Source of the DNA: an uncultured Methanoregulaceae archaeon
GTDB taxonomy: Archaea > Halobacteriota > Methanomicrobia > Methanomicrobiales > Methanospirillaceae
Length of the DNA: 64,000 nucleotides
Direction: 5' to 3'
NCBI GenBank assembly: GCA_963737635.1
Contig: CAVTTL010000001.1
Coordinates: forward strand, 2,176,001 to 2,240,000
Position numbers and translations under genes: made by a program. This document shows, piece after piece, positions 9,962-19,754 of the stretch (position 1 is the stretch's first letter; each line of letters starts with the position of its first letter). The notes beneath the pieces were generated by a model. It saw only the letters and a program-made list of their open reading frames with translations, was not told where the DNA came from and searched no databases.

Positions 9962-10879
9962 ATGAGCATATTTACCAGGATTAAGGACGCTGGATCGACG
10001 ATCAATCTCAGGCTCTTTTTGGTGTATCTCGGTATTGTGCTCATTATCCCGGCGATCTCTACTATCATCGAGTACCTCATCTCAGTCTATCCCGGACTTC
10101 GTTCTGCCCTCCTAGTCGACCTGCAGAACTTCCATGTCTACCAGCTCTTCACCTCTTCGTTCGTTCACCTGAACTTTGATCATTTTCTGGCAAATGTCAC
10201 CGCTTACCTGCTGATCGCTATCTATGGCCTGGTACTTGCTACTCTTATAAACCGGAAACGCCTGTACGTTGTACTGAGCAAGATAATTGTCGTGATATTC
10301 CTCATCTTCGGGGCAGTTTTCGCCGTGTTCAATGCGACGACAACCTATTATGTCGGTCTCTCAGGTATCGATTCGGCCCTTGCCGGGCTGCTGCTCATTT
10401 TCTGGCTGGTGTACCTTGAGCATACCTCCCAAAAGAGGATGCGCACCTATTACGGGCTTGTCCTCTGCTGTGTCCTTGCACTCTCCGCCGGAATCATTGC
10501 ACGGTACATACTTCTTTACCATACCGAGCGGAGTGTCCCGTTTCTTGCGGCGCTTATTACGGTTACCGGCATCCTGGTACTGGCTGTCATCCTGTACCGA
10601 CAGCAGTTTTATGATCTGTACAGGGTCCTGCAGGGCTTTACCTGGTCTGCCCGGCTCATCACTGTTGCGATAGTCCTCATTTTTGCGTACTTTATCTGGA
10701 ACCTGTTCCCGGAACGCCTTGCAAATTCGACTCGTACGGTAAGCATTTCGCTCCACCTTGCCGGTATCGTAATCGGCATCCTTGCCGGGTATCTCTTCCT
10801 GGTGTACCTTGAAAAGATGGCCTACTTCAACGGTGAAAAAGAGGTGGTCTCCGGGAAAATTTCCGGTAAGGTACCGTGA
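9962..10879 (+). CDS. Rhomboid-family intramembrane serine protease
   Basis: TSSFVH..HFLAN, GLSG (catalytic Ser), HLAG..G (catalytic His); multiple TM helices. Confidence 0.75.
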   Translation: MSIFTRIKDAGSTINLRLFLVYLGIVLIIPAISTIIEYLISVYPGLRSALLVDLQNFHVYQLFTSSFVHLNFDHFLANVTAYLLIAIYGLVLATLINRKRLYVVLSKIIVVIFLIFGAVFAVFNATTTYYVGLSGIDSALAGLLLIFWLVYLEHTSQKRMRTYYGLVLCCVLALSAGIIARYILLYHTERSVPFLAALITVTGILVLAVILYRQQFYDLYRVLQGFTWSARLITVAIVLIFAYFIWNLFPERLANSTRTVSISLHLAGIVIGILAGYLFLVYLEKMAYFNGEKEVVSGKISGKVP

Positions 10880-10903
10880 AAGATTCCTGACCTTGCGGCG
10901 TCT

Positions 10904-11476
10904 TTACCTAATCGCACCGAGTATTTCATCCGTTGTGCGCACCCGCCCCATTCTCCTGAATATGAAGTTGATTGCAGCATGGTGCTGCTCTGCCGACATC
11001 GAGGACATCGCATCCTCGGCAAAAACCTGCTGAAAACCAAACTCATACGCGAACCGCGCTGTGCTCTCGACACCGTAATCAGTAGCAATCCCACACAAGA
11101 CCATTGTATCCATCCCTCTTCTTCTCAGCTGGAGTTCGAGATCGGTGCCATAAAACGCTCCCCATTGTTTTTTTCCAATAACAATGTCAGAATCGATGGG
11201 GGCGATCTCCGGGATAAACTCGGACCAGTCCGGGGGCATGGGCCCGGTCCGGGAGAAGGTGGCGTCACTTTTCATTTTGAGCATCGTCTCCGGTGTCGAA
11301 ACGACATGCACGAGGAATACCGGCATCCTGTTTTTCCTGAACGCCGTTACAAGCCTGGCTGCATTCCGGACAACTTCCTGCGAAGAATGCGGCTGCGTGG
11401 GCTGTCCCGCTATACCTTTCTGGAGATCGATGACAACAAGGGCAGTGGAGGTTTTGTTTATTTCTAATTCCGGCAT
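10904..11476 (-). CDS. Isochorismatase/cysteine hydrolase family protein
   Basis: ALVVIDLQKG, KKQWGAFYGTDL, GIATDYGVESTAR. Confidence 0.9.
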   Translation of the reverse strand: MPELEINKTSTALVVIDLQKGIAGQPTQPHSSQEVVRNAARLVTAFRKNRMPVFLVHVVSTPETMLKMKSDATFSRTGPMPPDWSEFIPEIAPIDSDIVIGKKQWGAFYGTDLELQLRRRGMDTMVLCGIATDYGVESTARFAYEFGFQQVFAEDAMSSMSAEQHHAAINFIFRRMGRVRTTDEILGAIR

Positions 11477-11533
11477 GGGTTCATCATGCGAACATAGGAT
11501 GTCGGCTTCTATTTATGGGCTGCGGTGCGGCAA

Positions 11534-13162
11534 TCACGGAGACATCTGTAGGTGTTTCATCTTCTCTCCAAGCCAGGGCAGAAAATCCTTTTTCCTTGAC
11601 ATCACACCGGGGAGCCGGGCCGGCAGGGTTTCATCGAAGAGTTGGTGCAGGAGGATGGTGTCACCGGCCCCGTAGAGATCGCTTGCGTTTTCCAGCACGT
11701 TGGTAAACAGCGCAAAAGAAAGGGAGGCTCCCACTGAAGAGCGGGCCGTTTCCAGTGCCTCCTTGATCTCCGTGTCCCGGGAGCGGTTCCATGCAAACAC
11801 CGGCACCATCACCTGCGCGATCTGCACGCTCTTACCCGACAGGGTGAATAGTTTTGTGTCACGGGAAAGGAGAAGGTCGAGAGATATTCCCGAAAGATCC
11901 ATGCCTCGTTCAAGGAGCGCGACACCGAGTTTTTCCGGATCTTCCCCGGCAAGAGGGGCGAGGTAGCTCACTGCCTTTTTGTCCTGGTGAGTTGTTGTGG
12001 ACATCCGTAGCGAAAGGGTGTCGGAAAGGATACCGCAAAGCAGGACGCCGGCGATTTCCCGGGAAGGGGTAAGACCGGCCTCCCGGTACTTCATAGCGAT
12101 AATGGTGGACGTTGCCCCGACCGGATCGTTGAAAAACCGGATTGGCCGGAGCGTCGTGATCGCCCCGAGCCTGTGATGGTCGATGATCTCGACTACGTCG
12201 GCCTCTTCGATTCCGGGGACGGCCTGTGAGGCCTCGTTATGGTCGAGCAGGACGACAGGCCGACGCACGTCATCGAGCAGCGTTGTCCGTGTCAGGATAC
12301 CGATGAGTTTTCCCTCACCTGAGACCACGCATGCGGCCCGGAACATCGAGCCCGACACCACCTGCCGGGCACGGGCAATCGTCTCGGTACATGCGAGAAC
12401 CGGGACATTGGTTTCCATCACCTCCCGGGCGGGAAGCGAGAGATTGATCATTTTGCCAACCCCAAACGCGTCCAGTTTTGTCGAGAGGACCGAGACCCTT
12501 CTTTGTTGTGCGGCGGCAATGACCCGGTTGCCGACCGGCGCCCCCTCAGCGATTATCAGGGCTGCAATTCCCGCCGAGACCAGTGCAAGCTGGGCCGGCT
12601 CGTTATCCCCGACAACCGCGATGTCCTTTTCGGTCATTTTTGCGAGTGTCACGTGCAGCGCATCGATGGCGATGTAAACGCGTCCTTCAAGGATCGGGTG
12701 GGCGGAGACAAGGATCTCTGCACAGAGGACGCGAGCAAGTGTCCCGATCGGTACCGGTATCACCGAGAGGGCAGCAAGATGCAGGGTCCCGATATAGGCA
12801 TTGGCAAGCGCATGTTCGCCGATCATCCCGGAAGGCTTCCCGTCTGCATCCGCAATGACTACATTGCGGATCCCCTCTTTCGCCATAAGGGTGGCGACAT
12901 CGACGGTTGGCACATCCTCCGGCAGGGCAAAGACCGGTTTATAGGTAATATCGGCGAGGGTTGGCTCTACCGAGGGGACAAAAAGTGGCGCAGCGACGCC
13001 GTACCGGTCGAGCATGAATTGGGATTCGGCGTTGATCTCACCGCACCGGGCCGGGACGTACTTACCCGGCTCAGAACGGTTTTTAAAATCCGCATACCCG
13101 ATCACGCTTGCGATGCTGTCAGTGTCAGGCTGGCGGTGACCGAAACAATAGATCTGGCTCAT
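11534..13162 (-). CDS. ppaC: Mn-dependent inorganic pyrophosphatase (family II) with CBS-DRTGG insert
   Basis: GHRQPDTDS, LDHNE, IIDHH, ILSDT, C-terminal SRKK; CBS/DRTGG regulatory insert. Confidence 0.9.
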   Translation of the reverse strand: MSQIYCFGHRQPDTDSIASVIGYADFKNRSEPGKYVPARCGEINAESQFMLDRYGVAAPLFVPSVEPTLADITYKPVFALPEDVPTVDVATLMAKEGIRNVVIADADGKPSGMIGEHALANAYIGTLHLAALSVIPVPIGTLARVLCAEILVSAHPILEGRVYIAIDALHVTLAKMTEKDIAVVGDNEPAQLALVSAGIAALIIAEGAPVGNRVIAAAQQRRVSVLSTKLDAFGVGKMINLSLPAREVMETNVPVLACTETIARARQVVSGSMFRAACVVSGEGKLIGILTRTTLLDDVRRPVVLLDHNEASQAVPGIEEADVVEIIDHHRLGAITTLRPIRFFNDPVGATSTIIAMKYREAGLTPSREIAGVLLCGILSDTLSLRMSTTTHQDKKAVSYLAPLAGEDPEKLGVALLERGMDLSGISLDLLLSRDTKLFTLSGKSVQIAQVMVPVFAWNRSRDTEIKEALETARSSVGASLSFALFTNVLENASDLYGAGDTILLHQLFDETLPARLPGVMSRKKDFLPWLGEKMKHLQMSP

Positions 13163-13299
13163 AAAAACCTCAGGGAGGCTGTTGCTGGAATAACTGGGAT
13201 GTCCGGGTTCATAAGCTCTGGCAGGCTTATGGGTATCTGCCAAACCCTTTTATCCTGACCGATCCAACCGGATAATCAGTACGGAATAGAACTATTTCT

Positions 13300-13785
13300 A
13301 TGACCAGCCTGTTCACATTTTCGACCCATAGCGGAAAATCAAGGAGTTTGCTTGCGCTCTATATCCTCCATACACTCCGGCACCGGCAGAAATCAGGGTA
13401 CGATATTCTCCGGGAAATCGACGAAATTACCGCAGGGGAATGGACCCCGAGCAAAGGTACGCTCTATCCCCTGCTCCACCAACTTGCTAACGAAGGGCTC
13501 ATTGTCGCAGCCCCGACCGGGTCACGGTCGCGGACCGGGTTTATGCTGACACCCGCGGGACAGGAAATTCTTGAGAAAATTCTTGCGATGAGCGCGGAGT
13601 CCCATAAAAAGATGGCGCACCTCAGGCACCTCGTCCTCGCAATCTTTGGCACCGGGACCTGCCCGGTCAAAGGCATTTTGTTTGAAATAAAGATGCTTGT
13701 CGATGACATGCCGGCCGGGACGGAACGAGAGGTTGGGGAGATCCTCGAACACTGTCGCGATAAACTTAAAAAATGTGTGATCTGA
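13300..13785 (+). CDS. PadR-family transcriptional regulator
   Basis: SGYDI...PSKGTLYPLL..L...GLI...LTPAG. Confidence 0.9.
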   Translation: MTSLFTFSTHSGKSRSLLALYILHTLRHRQKSGYDILREIDEITAGEWTPSKGTLYPLLHQLANEGLIVAAPTGSRSRTGFMLTPAGQEILEKILAMSAESHKKMAHLRHLVLAIFGTGTCPVKGILFEIKMLVDDMPAGTEREVGEILEHCRDKLKKCVI

Positions 13786-13786
13786 C

Positions 13787-14773
13787 ATGACTGTAGCACT
13801 CCATGTAGCGGACCTGACCCGGCGCTTCGGCGATCTCGTGGCCGTGGATCGCATCAGTTTCGATATTGAGCAGGGCGAGATCTTCGGCCTTTTAGGTCCC
13901 AATGGCGCCGGGAAGACCACCACGCTCTCGATGCTCTCAACCATGCTGGAACCGACTTCCGGTACTGCCACGGTCATGGGTATCGATGTGACCAAAGACC
14001 AGGACGGCGTCCGAAAGGCCATCGGGATCGTCTTCCAGGACCAGAGCCTCGACGAGGAGCTCACCGCGTGGGAGAATATGGACTTCCACGGCCGGCTCTA
14101 CCGGATCCCAAAAGAGACCCGGGAACAGCGGATCGACGAGCTCCTCAGGCTTGTCGAACTCTTCGACCGGAGGAACGATATTGTCAAAACGTTCTCCGGG
14201 GGAATGCGGCGGCGCCTTGAGATCGCCCGGGGACTCCTGCACCATCCGGCCGTCCTGTTCCTCGATGAACCCACGCTCGGCCTTGACCCTCAGACAAGAA
14301 ACCACCTCTGGCAGTACATCGAGACCCTTGCCCGGGAAAAGAACATCACGATCATCCTGACGACCCATTACATGGAGGAAGCTGACCGGCTCTGCAACCG
14401 GATCGCCATTATCGATCACGGGAAGATCATTGCGCTGGACACTCCTGCCCGGCTCAAGGACTCCCTTGGGGGCGACGTCGTAACCATCCAATCACCGGAT
14501 ACCGCAAAGATCGCCGCCATTTTTGCCGTACCGTGGATCAACCGGATAGAAACCCATGACAGGGAAGTGATCCTTACCCTTAAAAATGCTGAGCAGTACC
14601 TCAGCATGATCGTGACCCGGATGAACGAAGAGAACATTTCCATCACATCTGTATCGATCCATAAACCGACGCTTGAGGATGTTTTCCTCTCGTTTACCGG
14701 GAAGACCATCAGGGAAGAGGATATAAGCAGGAAGGATGCGATGAGGATGCATTTCCGGATGATGAGGCACTGA
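13787..14773 (+). CDS. ABC-2 (DrrA-like) exporter ATP-binding subunit
   Basis: GPNGAGKTT, FSGGMRRRL, LFLDEPT, TTHYM, PTLEDVF. Confidence 0.95.
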   Translation: MTVALHVADLTRRFGDLVAVDRISFDIEQGEIFGLLGPNGAGKTTTLSMLSTMLEPTSGTATVMGIDVTKDQDGVRKAIGIVFQDQSLDEELTAWENMDFHGRLYRIPKETREQRIDELLRLVELFDRRNDIVKTFSGGMRRRLEIARGLLHHPAVLFLDEPTLGLDPQTRNHLWQYIETLAREKNITIILTTHYMEEADRLCNRIAIIDHGKIIALDTPARLKDSLGGDVVTIQSPDTAKIAAIFAVPWINRIETHDREVILTLKNAEQYLSMIVTRMNEENISITSVSIHKPTLEDVFLSFTGKTIREEDISRKDAMRMHFRMMRH

Positions 14774-14775
14774 AT

Positions 14776-15525
14776 ATGGATATCGTTTATACCATCTGGC
14801 TGCGGAGCATGAAGCGTTACGTCCGGTCTAAGAGCAGGATTGTCGGCAGTATCGCAATGCCGCTGTTCCTTCTTGTCTTCCTTGGTTTTGGCCTCAACTC
14901 GGTGGTGAATGCCACATCACTTGGGCAGCAGTATGTCATCTTCCTGGTGCCCGGGATGGTCGCCATGAGCGTGCTTTTTACCTCGGTTTTTTCCGGCATC
15001 CAAATCATCTGGGACAAGCAGTTTGGGTTTTTGAAAGAGACCCTGATTGCACCGGTGACAAGAATTGAGATCATGTTCGGCATGACGGTCGGGGGTGCTA
15101 CAACGGCGGTAATCCAGGGGATCATCCTTATGGTGCTTGCGGTGTTGCTCGGTCTGCGGATCACAAACCCGGTAGGTTTTTTGGTAGCGCTCGGCTTTAT
15201 GGTTCTTGTCGGGATCTCGTTTACGGCATTTGGGATCGCGATCGCTTCAAGAATGGAGGACATGACCGGTTTCCAGCTCATCATGAACTTTGTCGTCTTT
15301 CCACTCTTTGGCCTCTCGGGAGCACTTTTTCCTATCAGCTCCCTTCCCCGGTGGCTTGAGCCGGTCACCCTTATCGATCCGCTCACGTACGGGGTGGAGG
15401 GAATCCGGTACGGCCTGACCGGGGTCTCGCAGATTAACCCGCTCATCAGCGCTGCGGTTATTGCAGGCTTCGCGGTGGCGATGACCGTGACCGGCGCCTA
15501 TCTCTTCCGCAAAGTAACGGTATAA
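14776..15525 (+). CDS. ABC-2 type exporter permease
   Basis: Six TM helices; DKQFGFLKETLIAPV; PLTYGVEGIR. Confidence 0.92.
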   Translation: MDIVYTIWLRSMKRYVRSKSRIVGSIAMPLFLLVFLGFGLNSVVNATSLGQQYVIFLVPGMVAMSVLFTSVFSGIQIIWDKQFGFLKETLIAPVTRIEIMFGMTVGGATTAVIQGIILMVLAVLLGLRITNPVGFLVALGFMVLVGISFTAFGIAIASRMEDMTGFQLIMNFVVFPLFGLSGALFPISSLPRWLEPVTLIDPLTYGVEGIRYGLTGVSQINPLISAAVIAGFAVAMTVTGAYLFRKVTV

Positions 15526-15606
15526 GTACATGCGGGTCGGGCGCGGTCGGTCCCCTCTTTTCCGGACGGATTGCTATTTAGAGATCCTCGGCCAATACCG
15601 TAACCG

Positions 15607-15978
15607 GTGAAATCAGTGAGTGACGAAATCATTGTTGTCAGCACGCCGTACATTTCGGGTTACAGGATTACAAAGACGCTAGGGTTCACATGGGGCCTTA
15701 TTGTCCGGAGCCGGGGTCTTGGCCGAAACATCACTGCGGGCTTACGCTCGCTTGCCGGTGGCGAGATCCATGAATATACGCAGCTCCTTAACCAGTCACG
15801 GCAAGAAGCGCTTGCCCGTTTAAAAGAGCATGCAGCATCCCTCGGCGCCAATGCGGTTATAGGTGTCTCATTCGATTCATCTGAGACCGGCGGTGTGATG
15901 ACCGAGGTACTCGCCTACGGGACAGCGGTCGTCGTCGAAAAGGACACAGCTGCAGCAAGCCCGGTCCGGCTTGGATAA
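15607..15978 (+). CDS. YbjQ / UPF0145 family protein
   Basis: GGEIHEYTQLL..SR..A...GANAVIGV..D....EVLAYGTAV. Confidence 0.9.
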   Translation: MKSVSDEIIVVSTPYISGYRITKTLGFTWGLIVRSRGLGRNITAGLRSLAGGEIHEYTQLLNQSRQEALARLKEHAASLGANAVIGVSFDSSETGGVMTEVLAYGTAVVVEKDTAAASPVRLG

Positions 15979-16144
15979 GAAAAGCCGGTCGCCAAGGTGT
16001 TATTTCGAATCACTAGAAGTGTTCCGTGTCGTCTGCAGGTGGAATGCAAATTCTTTTCGAGGGGAAAACAAGGCAACCTGTACCGTAAGAGATCTTTTGG
16101 ATGCTTCAGGATAGGATCAGAAATAATTTCCCTCAGGTTACCTG

Positions 16145-16632
16145 ATGAGCAAAATCCACGCCGGGCTGGATATTGGTATATCTGTCGCAGCATCCGACGA
16201 CCTCGACTCCATCCTCGCACTTCAGAAAATCGCATTCCTGAGCGAAGCTGCTTTGATCGATGATTACACAATTCCTCCGTTAAAACAGGATATCACTGAA
16301 TCCGGGATGAATTCCGGCACAGTCACTTTCTCAAAGCTGAAATCGATAAACAGATCGTCGGTTCAGTTCGAGCGGAAGTACATGGAGGAACCTGTTTAAT
16401 AGAGAAATTAATAGTTCACCCGGATTACCAGAATCGCGGGATTGGTTCACTACTCCTGACACACATTGAACAACGTTTTCCCCACATTAAGAGATTTGAA
16501 TTATTCACCGGCAGGGAAAGCAAAAGAAACAATGCGTTCTATATCCGGCGTGGGTACAAACCATTCAAAGAGGAAACGATCAATGAAAAACTGACTCTGG
16601 TCTGTTATGAAAAAACGAATTTTTCCGATTAA
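16145..16632 (+). CDS. GNAT N-acetyltransferase (frameshift near 16299)
   Basis: Frame 1 LQKIAFLSEA..IPPL continues in another frame as IVGSVRA..LIVHPDYQNRGIGS..ELFTG to TAA 16632. Confidence 0.8.
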
Positions 16633-16756
16633 TTCACTCCCTAATTTGGTCTGCGGTGGAGCATTCATGAAGTGCTGTCAAAAATCGGGAGTTTATAAGG
16701 TACTTTAGATAACTGACAATTACCGAGTATCATTTACAAAAGGGCTTTAAAAAAAA

Positions 16757-17953
16757 TCATTTGTTGATGTGCACGACTTTGGCGGGGGGGAACCCGTTGA
16801 AGTACGTGGACGAGGCAATCGAGTAGGCCCCGATATTTTCTGAGTAAACAAGATCCCCTATCTCCAGCTCCGGCAAGTCTGCCGAGAGCGTAATCGTGTC
16901 AAAGGCATCGCAGGTAGGCCCGAATACCGCCGAGATCTGTGTTGGCCCTTCTTTGAAGGCGCGTACCGGGTACGTGCAGTGGTCAAAGACCTGTCCCGAG
17001 TAGGTATGATAAACGCCGTCGTTGATGTAATAACAAGGCTTGCCGTCACGGTACGCCTTCCCGACGACCTTTGCAACAAGCGTGCAGGCATTTGCGACGA
17101 GGAACCTGCCGGGTTCGGCAAGGATCTCCATGTCACACGGGAAGAGCCGGGCAATCTCGGCATTGAGTTTTACCGCCAGTTCCTCGATAGACCGGACCTC
17201 AGGGTTGTATTTGACCGGGAATCCACCACCGATATCCAGGATCCGGATCTTTTTCCCGAGCCGGTTTTCAGTCTCTGCAATAATGTCGGCCGCTATCTGG
17301 AGCGCTACGACATAGTTTTCGAAGTTGGTGCATTGGCTTCCCACGTGGAAACTCAGGCCTTCAACCACAAGACCAAGGTCAAATGCTGCACCGATCAGGT
17401 CAACAGCCTCTCCCGGGTCGGCGCCAAATTTCGAAGAGAGCTCAACCATGGATCCGGTGTTTGGAACCCGGAGCCGCAAGACAAGACCGGCCTGCGGAGC
17501 ATGGGCCCGGATCTTTTTGAGTTCCTCAATATTGTCAAAGGTCACGAGTGGCTTGTACTGGTTAAGATCTTCCAGGGTTTCGATGGGCTTGATCGTATTT
17601 GCGTAGATGATGCGATCCCAGATCCAGTCCTGGCGTTCCTTGTCCGGCATGTCCTTGATGAAATTATGGACAACCATGAATTCGGGCATCGATGCAACAT
17701 CGAAACTTGCTCCCATATCCATGAGCGTCTTCACAATCTCAGGGTTTGAATTTGCCTTGACGGCAAAATACACCTGGATTTTCGGCATATTCTTCTTAAA
17801 TTCGCAATAATTCTCGCGGATCTTCTTATGATCGATAATAAAAATAGGCGTTCCCTGAGTGCGTGCCAGTTCCTGGAGCATCTGACGACTTCCACGATCC
17901 ATATGGGAGACCGTATCGTCCTGCCTGCATGCGGTGGTAGCGTTCACATCCAT
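16757..17953 (-). CDS. Ornithine/lysine decarboxylase (fold-type III PLP enzyme)
   Basis: FAVKAN (PLP Lys), SKFG, FHVGSQ, DIGGGF, EPGR, GPTCD, NIGAYS, FNGF. Confidence 0.92.
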   Translation of the reverse strand: MDVNATTACRQDDTVSHMDRGSRQMLQELARTQGTPIFIIDHKKIRENYCEFKKNMPKIQVYFAVKANSNPEIVKTLMDMGASFDVASMPEFMVVHNFIKDMPDKERQDWIWDRIIYANTIKPIETLEDLNQYKPLVTFDNIEELKKIRAHAPQAGLVLRLRVPNTGSMVELSSKFGADPGEAVDLIGAAFDLGLVVEGLSFHVGSQCTNFENYVVALQIAADIIAETENRLGKKIRILDIGGGFPVKYNPEVRSIEELAVKLNAEIARLFPCDMEILAEPGRFLVANACTLVAKVVGKAYRDGKPCYYINDGVYHTYSGQVFDHCTYPVRAFKEGPTQISAVFGPTCDAFDTITLSADLPELEIGDLVYSENIGAYSIASSTYFNGFPPAKVVHINK

Positions 17954-17981
17954 TCCTCTGCTTTGTTGGTACACAAATGAT

Positions 17982-19423
17982 TCATCGCACAAATAAGAAG
18001 TTTTTGAATTGCCAGACATCAGTACGGTCGTAGGTGTTTTCAGGATTCTCCCGGAAATACACGGTACGGTTCTTGAGAGGTGTCCAGTCTGACGGCCCGG
18101 ACCAGAATTCTCCAAGATAGGGTTTTGCTATATCCAGGACAAATTCATGAGGCAGGTCATCGGGCAGACAGAAACCTTTTTTCGGGTTTTCGATCATCCA
18201 CATCACTGCAGAGACAACTCCGAGTGCCACCTGGATCGTGGTCGCATTCTGTCCCGGCGCAGCTTCCGTGCTTCATCGATCGAGAGAATGCTCCCGGTCC
18301 ACCACGAATTGTACGGGTGGCCCATCAGGAGCGCACCGAGGATATCTGAGCCGCTTGAGATTTCCCGGTCGTTCATGATCCGGAGCTTGGGCTGGAGCTC
18401 GTAGTTTTTGCCCCGCAGCTCATGAAGAGACGCGATGGTTGCATCGCAGGGCATATACGCATAGTTCACGGTCGGCCGGTAGATCGCTTTACCGTCGCGC
18501 CAGACCGTCCAGCGATCGGAAATACCAAACGCCTCCCCGTGCCGGATCACCATGCCCACGATCTCCTGTTCCGGTACCCAGGACCGGACCCACGTATTGA
18601 TTCCCATGTGGGGGAGCATAATCGCATTCTTGGGACCAGAGGCGGGAACATGAGCGTCAGGAGGCAGTTCTTTTTCGTGAGTGCCCCACCCGATCTCTGC
18701 CGGGGCCGTACCCTCTTCGAGCAGCCCCTCGATGCACCAGGTACCGACAAACTCGTCCATCTTCTTTGGCGACCGGGATATCTGGGTGTCACGCTCGGAA
18801 CAGTGAATGACCCGGATCCCGACCTCCATGGCAAGTTCGTTGAACTTCTTCTCGGCAATCAGGCGTTTAAACCGGGCCGGGTCCTGTGCTTTCCCGTCCT
18901 CAATCATCTTGTAGGCAATATCCACCAGTCCCTGTTTTGTCATATGCGAGATCAGGCCCGGGTTTGCCCCGTGATCGACCACACACGTGGTGGAATCTTT
19001 CCAGTCCCCGGTAAGCTCCCGCAGTTTCATCTGCCGATAATACAGGGACTTTTCGACCGGGCTTGCCGTATACCGTTCACCGAGGGGGTCCCATGCTTCT
19101 ACGGACGTATTCACATACAGCACGTTGTGATCGTGACACCACTGGATAATCTCGCCGCAGTCAATATTCCAGGCAAGATCGATCAAAAGCCCGCCCTCGG
19201 CCAGGGTCTCGCTGAGGATGGATCCCAGGTTTGCCGGGGTGATCTTTCGCTTCAGGAACCGGAGACCCCGGGTCGTATACGCTTTGAGATCCTGGGTTTT
19301 TTCCTTAAAGTCGACGATAGTGATATTTTCAAGGGGTATATTGACATGCCGAAGCAGGATGGGGAGCGTGCATTTGGACACCGCGCCATAACCGATAATG
19401 AGTACTTTGTTTTTGAATTCCAT
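17982..19423 (-). CDS. hss: Homospermidine synthase (frameshift near 18260)
   Basis: GYGAV, NTSVE.W, HGANPGLIS, IHCSERDTQ, EIGWGTHE, RHGEA, YRPTV.Y.Y; C-terminal NATTIQV..ENP..G..PDDLP lies in the second frame. Confidence 0.88.
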
Positions 19424-19571
19424 CCCAACCCTCCCGGGGGTTACCTTCTCTCTCGTGTGTATTTTACGCGCTTTTACGTTATAAAATATGAGAAAATGCT
19501 CCCTTATCTGCAAATCCCAAAAAAGCGGTTACTTATTTGGGGATAGTGACAATATACCGGCAGGCGATCTT

Positions 19572-19754
19572 ATGTCAAAACGGGCAGTTGACCTGGTCTT
19601 TTCCGCGACGTACATGCTTACCGATCTCCGTATGATCCTGCGCGAGACCGCACCGACGCACGAACTGGACGAGCAGCAGCGGGCGGAGGCGGCCCGGCTG
19701 CTCGAGAACCTCGAACGGCAGGTCGGGTCCTTAAAGCAGGAGATGCTGAAATGA
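19572..19754 (+). CDS. pscN: Small SepCysE-N-terminal-like protein (SepCysSn) coupled to pscS
   Basis: 60-aa helical ORF (RAVDLVF..LTDLRMILRETAP) overlapping the pscS start (ATGA); matches the described pscN-pscS arrangement. Confidence 0.65.
   Translation: MSKRAVDLVFSATYMLTDLRMILRETAPTHELDEQQRAEAARLLENLERQVGSLKQEMLK

Noticed and set aside
18422-19546. Long antisense ORFs (e.g. 374 aa here, 462 aa at 52777-54165, 282 aa at 23233-24081)
   Set aside because: Shadows of well-supported genes on the opposite strand, with no recognisable motifs
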